Origin: Candidatus Rokuibacteriota bacterium
Lineage (GTDB): Bacteria; Methylomirabilota; Methylomirabilia; Rokubacteriales; CSP1-6
NCBI GenBank assembly: GCA_003220195.1
Contig: QHRT01000006.1
Span: 1-45,855, forward strand
Reading direction: 5' to 3'
DNA length: 45,855 nt
A program made the position numbers and the translations under genes. Every line of letters begins with the position of its first letter. The stretch's first letter is position 1. The notes under the pieces were generated by a model. That model was not told the origin of the DNA. It saw only the letters and a program-made list of their open reading frames with translations, and made no database searches. Positions 18,272 through 25,912 of the stretch are shown here, in pieces.

Positions 18272-19399
18272 GTGGCCGGACTCGTCGCGCTCGGCGCGAT
18301 GGCCGGGCGGATCGTTCGATTCATCGAAGGCGGCGACCGGTTCGTGCTCGGCCAAATCTCGGTGGCCGGGCGTGGGCTCGGCATGGGGACCGGGTTCACC
18401 GCCGGAGGCCTCTTGCCCGCGTCCACCATCGAGCGCATCGCGCGTGTCCCCGGCACCGCCGGCGTTCAGGCGCAGGTGATGCTGCCGCTCGATCCGAGCA
18501 CGTCCCAGTTCATGACGTTGACGCAGGAGCTGGTGCTCGGGGTCGATCTCTCCGTCCCGACGCCGAACCGGTATTACCGCGCCCTCGCCGTGCGGACCGG
18601 CCGGTTTCTGCGCCCGGGCGATCGCGGCGTCGCGGTGGTCGGCGCGTCGTTCGCCGTGTCTCACGGGCTCTTCGTCGGGTCCCGCCTGACGCTCGAGAAG
18701 ACCGCCTACGAGATCGTCGGCGTGCTCGAACGCACGCTCACCGCGCCGGATCGGTTCGTGATCCTCTCGATCGAAGACGCTCGCCAGCAATGGGTCGCGA
18801 AGGACCCGATGCTGCGCACGCTGCTCGCGTCGGGCGCCGCGCCGATGACGGCGAGCGATCTCAACACGGGCGCGGCGGTCGGCTGGCGCGACGGTGAAGA
18901 TCCCGATGCCGTCGCCCGGCGGATCATCGCCGAAGTGCCGAACGTGAACGTGCAGATCCCGAGCGAGCTGTCGCGGCTCCTGCGTTCGTCGACGGCGTTC
19001 TTCTCCGCGCTGGTGGTGGGCATCGGCGCGCTCGGCTTCGTGATCGGAGGACTGAGCCTGGCGAACACGGTCGCCGCGTCGGTGTTCGAGCGCATCCGCG
19101 ACTTCGGCGTGAAGCGCGCGCTGGGCGCGACCGGCTTCGATTTGGGGCGCGAGGTGCTGGCCGAGGCGCTGACGATCACGCTCTCCGGAGGGCTCGGCGG
19201 CATCCTGCTGGCGCTCGTCATCGGTGGCGCGGTGGATCGGTACGCCGCGCGGACCGGACAGGAACTGTTCCTCTTCTCGGCGCGACTGGTCGGTGGCGCG
19301 ATCGTGTTCGCCGTCCTGCTCGGCGCCGTGGCGGCGGGCTACGCGACGCTGCGCGTGACGCGGCTCAGTCCGGCCGAGGCGATCCGGCGTGGAACCTGA
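18272..19399 (+). CDS. ABC transporter permease, FtsX/MacB family (N-terminus unresolved)
   Basis: C-terminal FtsX domain (FGVKRALGATGFDLGREVLAEALTI plus 3 TM helices). The first in-frame start (GTG 18272) falls inside the predicted first TM helix. See the finding. Confidence 0.8.
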   Translation: MAGLVALGAMAGRIVRFIEGGDRFVLGQISVAGRGLGMGTGFTAGGLLPASTIERIARVPGTAGVQAQVMLPLDPSTSQFMTLTQELVLGVDLSVPTPNRYYRALAVRTGRFLRPGDRGVAVVGASFAVSHGLFVGSRLTLEKTAYEIVGVLERTLTAPDRFVILSIEDARQQWVAKDPMLRTLLASGAAPMTASDLNTGAAVGWRDGEDPDAVARRIIAEVPNVNVQIPSELSRLLRSSTAFFSALVVGIGALGFVIGGLSLANTVAASVFERIRDFGVKRALGATGFDLGREVLAEALTITLSGGLGGILLALVIGGAVDRYAARTGQELFLFSARLVGGAIVFAVLLGAVAAGYATLRVTRLSPAEAIRRGT

Positions 19400-20082
19400 T
19401 GCTGCGAACGACGGGCGTCGTGAAGTCCTACCGGTCGCCGGCGGGCGCCCGCCTCGGTGTGCTCTCCGGCATCGACGTCCAGGTGGATCGCGGTGAAGTC
19501 GCGGCGATCGTCGGCGCGTCGGGCTCGGGCAAGAGCACGCTGCTGAACGTCCTCGGGTTGCTGGAAAGGCCCGACGCCGGCGACGTCTGGTACGACGGAG
19601 AGCGTGTCACCGCGCTCGGCGCGTCCGCCCAGAGTCGCGCGCGCGGCCGGTTCGTCGGCTTCGTCTTCCAGTCGTTCTTGTTGTTGTCGGGGCTGACCGC
19701 GGTCGAGAACGTCCTGCTCGCGGCACGCTACCGCGGTGGCATCACGCGCCGGACGCGCGACCGCGCGCGGCAGCTGCTCGCCGAGGTCGGCATGCTGGAG
19801 CGCGCGGCGCACTATCCAACAGAGCTCTCCGGGGGCGAGCAGCAACGCGTGGCGTTCTGCCGCGCGGTCCTCAACGATCCGCCGCTGGTGCTGGCGGACG
19901 AGCCGACCGGCAACCTCGACGACGCGAACGCCTCGATCATCCTGGATCGTCTCGTCGCGCGCGCGCGCGCCGGCACGGCCGTCGTGCTCGTCACCCATCG
20001 ACACGACGTCGCCGATCTGGCCTCGGTCGTGTTCCGGCTGGAGGGCGGACGGCTCGAGCGCCGTGACCGTCTCGCTCGCTGA
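19399..20082 (+). CDS. ABC transporter ATP-binding protein (MacB/LolD-like)
   Basis: Walker A GASGSGKST, Q-loop, signature LSGGEQQRVAF, Walker B LVLADEPTGNLD. The start overlaps the permease stop (TGATG). Confidence 0.93.
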   Translation: MLRTTGVVKSYRSPAGARLGVLSGIDVQVDRGEVAAIVGASGSGKSTLLNVLGLLERPDAGDVWYDGERVTALGASAQSRARGRFVGFVFQSFLLLSGLTAVENVLLAARYRGGITRRTRDRARQLLAEVGMLERAAHYPTELSGGEQQRVAFCRAVLNDPPLVLADEPTGNLDDANASIILDRLVARARAGTAVVLVTHRHDVADLASVVFRLEGGRLERRDRLAR

Positions 20083-20098
20083 GTCAGGAGACCCGCCA

Positions 20099-20470
20099 AT
20101 GATGAAGACCCTGGTGCTGGTGGCGATCGCGTCCGTCGTCGGAGGGAGCGGTCACGTGTTGCTCGCGAAGGGCATGAGATCGATCGGCGACCTGACGGAG
20201 GCTCCATCCTCGCGTCTCGGCGGCATGGCGCTCGGAGTCGTGTCCAACCCGTGGGTGCTGCTGGGCGTCCTCCTCCAGGCGTCGTTCTTCGCGATGTATC
20301 TGGCGCTCCTGTCGCGGACCGACGTGAGCAAGGTCCTGCCCATGACGGCGATGGACTACATCGTGGTGGTGCTGCTGGCCCAGGTGGTTCTCGCCGAACC
20401 CGTCACCCCGGTCCGGTGGCTCGGCGTGGCCATGGTCTGCGCGGGCGTCCTGACAGTGTGGCGGAACTGA
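20099..20470 (+). CDS. Small 4-TM EamA/DMT-type membrane protein (ArnE/ArnF-like size and topology)
   Basis: 123 aa. AGGAG lies 8-9 nt upstream of ATG 20099. Four hydrophobic helices. The tracked ORF start at 19736 overlaps the ATPase gene and was rejected. Confidence 0.65.
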   Translation: MMKTLVLVAIASVVGGSGHVLLAKGMRSIGDLTEAPSSRLGGMALGVVSNPWVLLGVLLQASFFAMYLALLSRTDVSKVLPMTAMDYIVVVLLAQVVLAEPVTPVRWLGVAMVCAGVLTVWRN

Positions 20471-20472
20471 GG

Positions 20473-21159
20473 TCAGTCGCCCAGGAGTCCGGCGACCGTG
20501 GTGAGAGCGTAGCCCTCGTCCTCGAGCCCGGCGATCATCTCGGGAAGCGCCCTCGCCAGTCGCTCGGGCGCGCCTCGCGTGCCTTCGCCGTCGTGGAGGT
20601 CCACGATGGCGCCCGGGTGAATCCGCCGGACGACGAACCGGGCTTGCGCGTCCGCGCCGACGGCACGAAGCCCCTCCGGCTGCACGGACCACAGCACGCA
20701 CCGCAAACGGTGACGGTCGAGCGCGCCGGGCATTGCGGCATTCATCATGCCCCAAGGCGGACGGAAGTGCCGCGGCGTCACGCCCGTCAACGAACCGAGC
20801 AGCTCGTGCGTACGCTCGATCTCCACCGCGGTCCGCCGCGGCCCGCAGAGCCAGAGCGAGGGATGCGACCAGGAGTGGTTCGCGACCTCGTGGCCGTCAG
20901 CGGCGATCGCGCGGACGACGTCGGGAGCGCGTTCGGCTCGTTCGCCGATCAGGAAGAAGGACGCGCGCACCCGGTGCTTGTCGAGGATCTTCAAGATCGT
21001 GGGCGTCCAGTGCGGATCCGGTCCGTCGTCGAACGTGAGCGCGACGCGCCGGGCCGTCGACGGAGCCCGTCGCACCGTGCGGGGGCCCGAGACGTGAGGC
21101 CACCACGCGTAGCGGATCCACGCGACTCCAAGAGCGGCGGCCGCGTAGCCCACCTTCAT
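20473..21159 (-). CDS. Polysaccharide deacetylase (NodB homology domain, CE4)
   Basis: VALTFDDGPDPHWTP, HEVANHSWSHP, N-terminal TM/signal anchor. ATGA overlap with the upstream GT28 gene. Confidence 0.88.
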   Translation of the reverse strand: MKVGYAAAALGVAWIRYAWWPHVSGPRTVRRAPSTARRVALTFDDGPDPHWTPTILKILDKHRVRASFFLIGERAERAPDVVRAIAADGHEVANHSWSHPSLWLCGPRRTAVEIERTHELLGSLTGVTPRHFRPPWGMMNAAMPGALDRHRLRCVLWSVQPEGLRAVGADAQARFVVRRIHPGAIVDLHDGEGTRGAPERLARALPEMIAGLEDEGYALTTVAGLLGD

Positions 21160-22274
21160 TCGCGGCCCAGGACGATGCGTGCGATGCGCCGCGCGGCGTA
21201 CGGCTGTCGCGCGGAACGAATCCGCTCGCGAAAGTGCTCGAGCAACGCGGGATCACCGAGCGCCTGGTCGAGCGCGCGCGCGAGCTCCTCCGGAGAGCGC
21301 GCGACGAGCCCGAACCCCGTACGCGCCACGAATCTCTCGTTCCGTCGCTCCTGACCCGGCAACGATCCGAAGAGCAGCATGGGCAGCCCCGCGGCGATCG
21401 CTTCCGCGACCGTCATGCCCCCGGCCTTCGTCACCAGCAAGTCCGCGGCGGCCATGAGCGTGCGCACCTCGCTGACGTGTCCGAGGACACGCGTGCTGCT
21501 GCCCGTCGTCAGCCGACGAAGACGTTCGGAGAGCTCACGATTGCGGCCGGCGAGCAGCAGCCCTTCGACTGGATGGTCGGGCCGCGTGAGCGCCTGCGCG
21601 ACCTCCGGAAGCCTTCCCAGCGACGCCTCGGAGCCGGCCATGGCAAGCACGACTGGCTTTCCAGCGGGAAGACCGAATCGGGCGCGCGCCTCTCCGACGT
21701 CGAGCGGCTCGTCGAACTCCTCGTGGACCGGGACGCCGGTGACGACGATGCGCTCGGGCGGGATCCCGCGGGCGATCAGCTCGTGCCTCACCTCTTGCGC
21801 GGCGACACAGTACCGATCGATCCCCGGCGCCAGCCACTGGCGATGCGCGATGAAGTCGGTGACGACCGTCGTGTGCGCGGGAACGCGATGGCCCTGGGCG
21901 ACGAGCGAGTCGAGGGCGATTGCCGGTGTCGCGTGTGTCGTCACGATCGCGTCCGGCGCGAGGCGATTGATCAGCCGCGTGAGGCGCGCCGTGCCAAGCC
22001 GCGTGACTCCAAAGGTGAGGGGGGAGTCGCTCTCCATGCGATCGCCGAGCTCGTACGCGAAAGCCCAGATCCACGGCGCGCGCCGCAGGAGCGCGTAATA
22101 GAGTGCGCGGGTGCAGCGCTCGAAGCGCGGGTCGACGAGCTCGCGAAAGTGATCCACGAGGACGGTGGTGGCGCCCTCGCGCTCGAAGGCTCTGGCGAGG
22201 CTCCGGGCCGCTTCGTTGTGACCGGAGCCATAGCTGGCCGTGATGATCAGGATCCTCATGTCGTCCCGCCTCAT
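21156..22274 (-). CDS. GT28 glycosyltransferase of the MGDG-synthase / diacylglycerol glycosyltransferase (UgtP-like) family
   Basis: MRILIITASYGSGHNEAARSL N-terminus, C-terminal GT-B motif LVTKAGGMTVAEAIAAGLPMLL. An alternative start at 22259 is possible. Confidence 0.85.
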   Translation of the reverse strand: MRRDDMRILIITASYGSGHNEAARSLARAFEREGATTVLVDHFRELVDPRFERCTRALYYALLRRAPWIWAFAYELGDRMESDSPLTFGVTRLGTARLTRLINRLAPDAIVTTHATPAIALDSLVAQGHRVPAHTTVVTDFIAHRQWLAPGIDRYCVAAQEVRHELIARGIPPERIVVTGVPVHEEFDEPLDVGEARARFGLPAGKPVVLAMAGSEASLGRLPEVAQALTRPDHPVEGLLLAGRNRELSERLRRLTTGSSTRVLGHVSEVRTLMAAADLLVTKAGGMTVAEAIAAGLPMLLFGSLPGQERRNERFVARTGFGLVARSPEELARALDQALGDPALLEHFRERIRSARQPYAARRIARIVLGRE

Positions 22275-22297
22275 GCTAGCAAAGAGGCTCCCCCGGC

Positions 22298-22326
22298 TTG
22301 ACCGCTCCGACCGGACTCGGTACAGT
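22298..22326 (+). promoter_or_regulatory. Candidate sigma70-type promoter for tRNA-Val
   Basis: TTGACC (22298-22303), 17-nt spacer, TACAGT (22321-22326). The mature tRNA 5' end is 10 nt downstream. Confidence 0.45.
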
Positions 22327-22336
22327 GCCAGGGCAC

Positions 22337-22412
22337 GGACGATTAGCTCAGTTGGCAGAGCGCTGGCCTCACATGCCAGAGGTCACTGGTTCAAGTCCAG
22401 TATCGTCCACCA
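22337..22412 (+). tRNA. tRNA-Val (anticodon CAC), CCA encoded
   Basis: Hand-folded cloverleaf. Acceptor GGACGAT/ATCGTCC, D stem GCTC/GAGC, anticodon stem CTGGC/GCCAG with loop CTCACAT, T stem ACTGG/CCAGT with loop TTCAAGT, discriminator A, then CCA. Confidence 0.95.
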
Positions 22413-22471
22413 TCCCGTTCTTCTGTTCGGGTCCTGACGCGGCTGTCACGTCCGAATGTGCGACCGACGGT

Positions 22472-22499
22472 CGGACCCACGCTGGCCGGTGTGGGTCCG
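22472..22499 (+). terminator. Stable hairpin downstream of tRNA-Val (possible terminator)
   Basis: CGGACCCAC (22472-22480) pairs with GTGGGTCCG (22491-22499) around a 10-nt loop. No T-tract follows. Confidence 0.3.
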
Positions 22500-22640
22500 G
22501 GCACGAGGGGCGATGAAGAATCGAATCGGTCCGGACCCCTTTCCCGCAACCGTGGAGATCCTCGAGGCATGATCCGGCATGGCGACTCTCTTGCAACGGG
22601 CACCCGCCGCGAATAGTCTCTCTCCGGAAGGAGCAAGCCC

Positions 22641-23573
22641 ATGAAACGTTGGCTGGTCGCGTCGGTCGTCGTGCTCGTCATGACAGGAGTCGGTGCCGCG
22701 CGCGCGGCGGACGTCGGGATCATCACCGGCAGCGAGAAGGGCACCTACTATCAGTTCGGTCTCAATCTGCAGGCCCTCGGCAAGCAGTTTGGCCACAACG
22801 TGACCGTCTACCCCTCGAAGGGCTCGATCGAAAACATCCTGGCCGTCTATCAGAAGGCGGGAACGCAACTCGGGATCGTCCAGTCCGACGTGCTGGCGTT
22901 CGTGTCGCGCGTGCAGACCGATCCGACGCTCCGCCGCATCGCGAAGAAGACGAAGATGGTGTTCCCGCTCTACAACGAAGAGATCCACATCCTCGCCCGT
23001 CGCGGGATCACGGATTTCGACGATCTCGCGGACCGGCGAGTCGCCGTCGGTCGCGAGGGGAGCGGGACGTACCTGACGGCGCGGCTGCTCTTCAAAGCGT
23101 CGGAGGTCGCCCCGCGCGAGATGGTGCCGATCGATACCGACGAGGCGTTGCGAGAGCTCAAGGCCAAGCGCGTCGACGCGATGTTCTACGTCGCGGGCTA
23201 TCCGGTGAAGCTCCTGCGTGAGGAGGTCAGCGCGGACGACGATCTGGTGCTGCTCCCCATCACGAACAAGAGCATCACGGAGTTCTACCCGAGCACGGAG
23301 ATTCCCGCGAAGGAGTATCCGTGGCAAGAGACCGCCGTGCCGACGGTCGCGGTGAAATCGGTCCTGATGGTGGCCGACAACCTGCCCACCCTGGTCAAGA
23401 ACGGCCATCCGAAGTGGAAGTCCGTCGACCTTGATTATCCGCTGAAGGGCTGGGAGCAATACGACTGCGTCCGCAAATATCTCGGGAAGCCGACCGACCG
23501 CGCCGCGGCGCCCGCCGCGCGGCCCGAGCTCAATCCCGTCATGGAAGCGATCAAGCAAGTGCTCGGCGACTGA
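22641..23573 (+). CDS. TAXI-family TRAP-type solute-binding protein (orphan; no membrane component nearby)
   Basis: Signal peptide MKRWLVASVVVLVMTGVGAARA. IITGSEKGTYYQFGLNLQAL is characteristic of TAXI receptors. Confidence 0.8.
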   Translation: MKRWLVASVVVLVMTGVGAARAADVGIITGSEKGTYYQFGLNLQALGKQFGHNVTVYPSKGSIENILAVYQKAGTQLGIVQSDVLAFVSRVQTDPTLRRIAKKTKMVFPLYNEEIHILARRGITDFDDLADRRVAVGREGSGTYLTARLLFKASEVAPREMVPIDTDEALRELKAKRVDAMFYVAGYPVKLLREEVSADDDLVLLPITNKSITEFYPSTEIPAKEYPWQETAVPTVAVKSVLMVADNLPTLVKNGHPKWKSVDLDYPLKGWEQYDCVRKYLGKPTDRAAAPAARPELNPVMEAIKQVLGD

Positions 23574-23574
23574 G

Positions 23575-24881
23575 ATGGCGACGCAGCACCCGGCAGAGTT
23601 CGAGCGGATCTGGCTCGGTGGAGAACAGCGGCGCATCCTGGACGCCCTCGAGGACGCCGTGCTCCGTGTCGGCGGTCTCCTCCTCCTGACCGGAGACGTC
23701 GGGGTCGGCAAGACCACGCTCGCCAACGCGCTCGCCGCGGAGCTCGCCGACCGCGCGATCGTCGTCCGGCTGCCGCATCCCTGCGTCGACGCTCCGGCGC
23801 TGGTGGAGATGGTCGGACGGGGGCTCGGGTTCGACGGCGCCAGCGGGTCGAGAGCCACGTGGGTTCCCGCGATGCGCCAGGCGCTCGACGACGCGTCGAC
23901 GAGGCGCAGAACATGGCTCCGGACGCGTTCGCGGAGCTCGAGCACCTGCTGTCGCTCGAGTCGGCCGCGATCCAGCCGCGCCTGAGCGTCCTGCTCGTCG
24001 GACAGGACGAGCTGCTCCCGCTGATCGAGACTTCGGCGGGGAGCCTCGGGCGCTTCGTCACGTTGCGGGAGCGCCTTCCTGCGCTCGGGCCGCACGAGGT
24101 GGAGGAGTTCGTCCGGCATCGGTTGACGGCGGGCTCCGTCGATGGCGTTCTGCTGACCGACGACGCGATGCGAACGATCCAGAAGCTGTCCGGAGGAATC
24201 CCTCGGCTCGTCGAAAGGCTGTGCGACGTCGCGCTCATCGGCGGGCCGCCGTACTCCCCGGTCGACGCCGCGGAGATTCGCGAGCGCGCCGAGCGTTTCG
24301 GCGTCCTGCCCGGCCTGTCGGCGAGGCAAGAATTGATCGACGCGGCGGACGCAGAAGAGGCCGCGGTCGAAGAGCGCGCTCCATCCGTGCGGCTCCAGCG
24401 TCTCACTCGTCGGGGGTTGATGACGGTCGGCGTGGCCATGGCCACGATGGTGGCCATCTACGCGTTCACGTCACACGGCCCGCGGCGACCCAGCGCGGCG
24501 CCGGAGAAGGTGTCACCCGGTCGCCCGCAGAATGCCGCACTCCCGACTGCTGCCGTCGTGCCGACGACGGCGCGTGAGGCGTCGTCCCCCGTGTCTCTCG
24601 CCGCCGACCCCCGACCCTCGTCCACGCCGGAGCCACAAACGCCACGAGTAAAACCGATCGAGCCCGGCTTGCCCGCCGCTCCCCCCGTCGCACAGGCGCC
24701 GAAGCCGTCGAACGGCAGCGCGTTGCCGCGCGCCGGCAGCCCGCCGTCCGTTCCAGCACGCAGACCGGCTGTCGCGCCCCCGGCCGCCCCATCATCGACG
24801 CCCTCGTCGTCCGAGCCGTCCGGCCCGTCCGATCCGGGCGCGATCATCGACTGGCTCCTCCGGTCCCCCGACGCGCGCTGA
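23575..24881 (+). pseudogene. ExeA-like AAA ATPase with TM helix and Pro-rich C-terminus, split by a frameshift near nt 23860-23900
   Basis: Walker A (GDVGVGKTTL) is in the frame of ORF 23575-23985. Walker B (VDEAQNM) and the rest are in the frame of ORF 23859-24881. The two parts of one P-loop domain overlap in different frames. Confidence 0.6.
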
Positions 24882-24887
24882 CGCGGG

Positions 24888-24914
24888 CCACGCCCGGCGT
24901 TGCGCCCGGCGTGG
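24888..24914 (+). terminator. Hairpin directly after the ExeA-like gene
   Basis: CCACGCCCGGCG / CGCCCGGCGTGG, 11 of 12 bp paired, 3-nt loop. No T-tract. Confidence 0.4.
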
Positions 24915-24920
24915 TATACT
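24912..24920 (+). promoter_or_regulatory. Extended -10-like element TGgTATACT upstream of the NYN gene
   Basis: TG at 24912-24913 and TATACT at 24915-24920. An 83-nt, less GC-rich leader follows, with two small hairpins (24934-24948 and 24970-24983). Confidence 0.35.
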
Positions 24921-25003
24921 CACGTCAAACCGGACGAATTGGGTTCGTAAGAACTCAAAGTGGTCCATTGGCACTGTAGTGCCCGCAAAGTCGGGGGCCC
25001 CCC

Positions 25004-25912
25004 ATGAAAGTGTCCATTTTCTTTGACGGTCAGAACTTCTACCGATCCCTCTTGCGGTACGACGAATCCCTGCGGGTCGATTACGATCGGCTTGCGACGT
25101 GGATCACGAATGCCGTCGGAGGTCCAAACGCCGTGTTCACCGGCGCGTACTACTACGTCGGTGTCTCGCCCGGCGCGCCGCCGCTGGTCGAGGGATTCCT
25201 GAAGGGCCTGGAGCTACGACCCGGCTACTTCGTCAAGCGCGAGGGGCGCGTGCGCCGTACCGGGCGATGCCCATCGTGCGGCGCCGAATACGAGTACACG
25301 ACGGAAAAGCGCGTCGACACGCGGCTCGTCGCCGAGATGATCCACTACGCGGCGATCAACGCATTCGACGCCGCCGTGCTGATCTCCGGCGACGATGACT
25401 TCGTCCCGGCCGTCGAGGCGGTGAACGCGCTCGGTCGGCAGGTGTGGGTCGCGACGTGGTCGGCCGAGGAACTCTCCACTGACCTTCGCGTGCGGTGCTT
25501 CGGCCACATCCACCTGAGCGAGGGCGTGGGCGCGTTTCGCGCCGACCGCCAGCCGCGCGCGCTGGAGCGCGCACGCGGTATCGGCGGCATCCCGCGAGAC
25601 ATCGCCGGCGTGGCGCCGCGCGGCAACGTCTTGCGCGGACCGCAGCCACCGCCGTCGCCGTTTGCGCTCGAACGCGGCGTCGTCGAGCTCCAGCGGGCGG
25701 AAGCTCGACTGCCGCACGTTAGCCGCGGGTACTTCGTCACGCGCTGGAAATCGCATCAGCTGCCGCCCGCCGGCCAGGAGCGCGAGTTGCTCGTGCAGCA
25801 GATGGTCGACGCGGGTCTGGCCGAGGAGTTGCGAGGACGAGATCGCCATGCCCGGATAGACGGGGAAGAGGCCCGCTCTTGCGAGCGGGAGGGTGATACG
25901 ATGGCTTCATGA
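25004..25912 (+). CDS. NYN-domain (LabA/DUF88-like) predicted ribonuclease with a C-terminal extension
   Basis: PIN-like acidic residues are conserved: IFFDGQNFY, KRVDTRLVAEM, LISGDDDFVPAV. A CxxC knuckle (GRCPSCG) is inserted before the second acidic motif. Confidence 0.8.
   Translation: MKVSIFFDGQNFYRSLLRYDESLRVDYDRLATWITNAVGGPNAVFTGAYYYVGVSPGAPPLVEGFLKGLELRPGYFVKREGRVRRTGRCPSCGAEYEYTTEKRVDTRLVAEMIHYAAINAFDAAVLISGDDDFVPAVEAVNALGRQVWVATWSAEELSTDLRVRCFGHIHLSEGVGAFRADRQPRALERARGIGGIPRDIAGVAPRGNVLRGPQPPPSPFALERGVVELQRAEARLPHVSRGYFVTRWKSHQLPPAGQERELLVQQMVDAGLAEELRGRDRHARIDGEEARSCEREGDTMAS

Noticed and set aside
22446-24329. 627-aa minus-strand ORF (and 23435-24457) antisense to the TAXI and ExeA-like genes
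   Set aside because: It has no motifs and biased composition, while the plus-strand products have a signal peptide and P-loop signatures.
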